DNA from: Candidatus Dormiibacterota bacterium
GTDB taxonomy: Bacteria > Chloroflexota > Dormibacteria > Aeolococcales > Aeolococcaceae
Direction: 5' to 3'
DNA: 64,000 nt
Assembly: GCA_963709585.1 (NCBI GenBank)
Contig: CAVPXI010000004.1
Coordinates: 300,918-364,917, forward strand
In this document: positions 62,786 to 64,000 of the stretch, one piece after another
Layout: every line of letters begins with the position of its first letter
Position numbering within the stretch: position 1 is the first letter of the stretch
Translations under genes and position numbers: made by a program
Notes under the pieces: model-generated
Told to the model about the DNA's origin: nothing
The model's database searches: none
The model's input: the letters and a program-made list of their open reading frames with translations, nothing else

Positions 62786-63998
62786 TTATGACGAATACCA
62801 GTTGTTTACCGGGAAAGGTGTCCCTTTCAAATCTCCGCCGGAGACAATCGCGGCCATCATTTCCATAGTCTCTTCATCGCTAAGCTGCAGAGTGGGGAGC
62901 GCGTCGAGGGCTACCTGTTTGTGGATGCCGAGTGCGATTCCCATACGGTAGATCGAAAGCATGGTATCCAACAGCCTGGTGATCGACGGCTCCAGGCCTG
63001 AGGCCCCTTTGTGATCGAACATCGCCGCAACATACATCAGCGAGTGCACTGGCGCGAATCGGGTAAACGTCCAGATCAAAGTCGGATCAGGAACGCTCGC
63101 CAATCGACCGTCATGGGCGATGACACTCCGGCCCGCAGCGTTGATCAAGTCCCGCAACCCCAGACGGAACAAACGGCTGGTACCGAAGTCCCTCATAATC
63201 GTTTTCGCGGGGAGGCCGGGCGGCAGACCGACGCGCGGCAGACCGGCCTGGAGTGCAGGCTCCAGACCGAATCGGTCGTGAAGAAGTGTCTTGTGATCAT
63301 ACGGGCCGAGCCGGAGCGCGGGGGATCGATGACCCATGTTGGCCGAACGGGTTCCAGACTGGGATGGTGAGCAAACCGGGCTGCTTTGAATGCGCGCGAA
63401 AGCGGTTCACCGGGATCACGGCTGCAGAGAAAATAGCCGCTCTGAATATGAATTCGTGCAAAATGCGGCGGAGCCGTTACGAGGACCAGCTGCTTCGCTG
63501 CCGAGACAAGGAGCTCGATTCCGTTTCGATGAAGTGTAATACTCCAATGCCATCGCCTGCCTTCAGTGTCGCAAAAAAAAGAGCGACTTCAGGATGGATG
63601 GTTACGTCAAGAAGGGCGGTTGGGCACCCATAGTGCTGACCCACGGCCAACGCCTGGACGTCACTCATGGTCTCGGTAAGATTTAGACAGATGCGCTTCT
63701 CGGCAGGGGACTTGAATCTACGGTACCCATGCAGGCGATCCCGCACTTTACTGCGAATCTGTCCTGGAATAGCTGCATTTAGCCAGTATTTCCGGTCGCG
63801 CTGCCGAACAACAGTCGGCTGACACGCACTTGGACCATACTCCTGCTTCTCGCCCCGATACAGGTATTTTACCGAGTCGGCGTCTTCGTAACGCACGAAC
63901 GATCGCCTAAACAATTGAAAAGTCCAAACCCACAACAAGAGCGAGTGGGCATCGGGAAAAGATGAAATCATCGGGTGCATCTCGATAGCTGGAGTCAA
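62786..63998 (-). CDS. FRG-domain protein, frameshifted, may begin beyond window
   Basis: LYRGE, GQHYGCPTALLDVT, VALFFA; RIHIQSGYF in shifted frame. Confidence 0.8.
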
Positions 63999-64000
63999 GC

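Overview
High-GC bacterial DNA, probably a long-read metagenomic contig: many single-base frameshifts occur even in cysS, radA and thiC. Positions 1 to ~58390 look like a Terrabacteria chromosome (Chloroflexota/Dormibacterota-like, by inference from gene order). The core carries dnaE, lgt, polA-mutM, uvrB, radA-PIN/TRAM-ispD-ispF-cysS-rlmB-NYN, fabF and three tRNAs, and many genes appear leaderless. Three mobile units are present. (1) A ~7.9-kb element integrated at tRNA-Leu(CAA), with a visible att duplication, arm-type repeats, integrase/excisionase, a deleted MobF relaxase, DUF4160/DUF2442 and a secreted protein + PepSY-like lipoprotein pair. (2) An IS110 element whose 5' non-coding end shows bridge-RNA-like guide matches to its own donor end and target flank. 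(3) A >13.9-kb phage-satellite-like element at tRNA-Thr(GGT), carrying a small-protein/retropepsin pair, a NaeI/NgoMIV-type C5 methylase with a CCGG-family REase read in frame with Vsr, a resolvase, a replication ATPase and many Zn-ribbon ORFs. At ~58390 the sequence switches mid-gene to different, Acidobacteria-like DNA (hydrolase, DUF3300, thiC, Uma2, FRG), probably a chimeric join. Family names come from motif recognition, not database searches.
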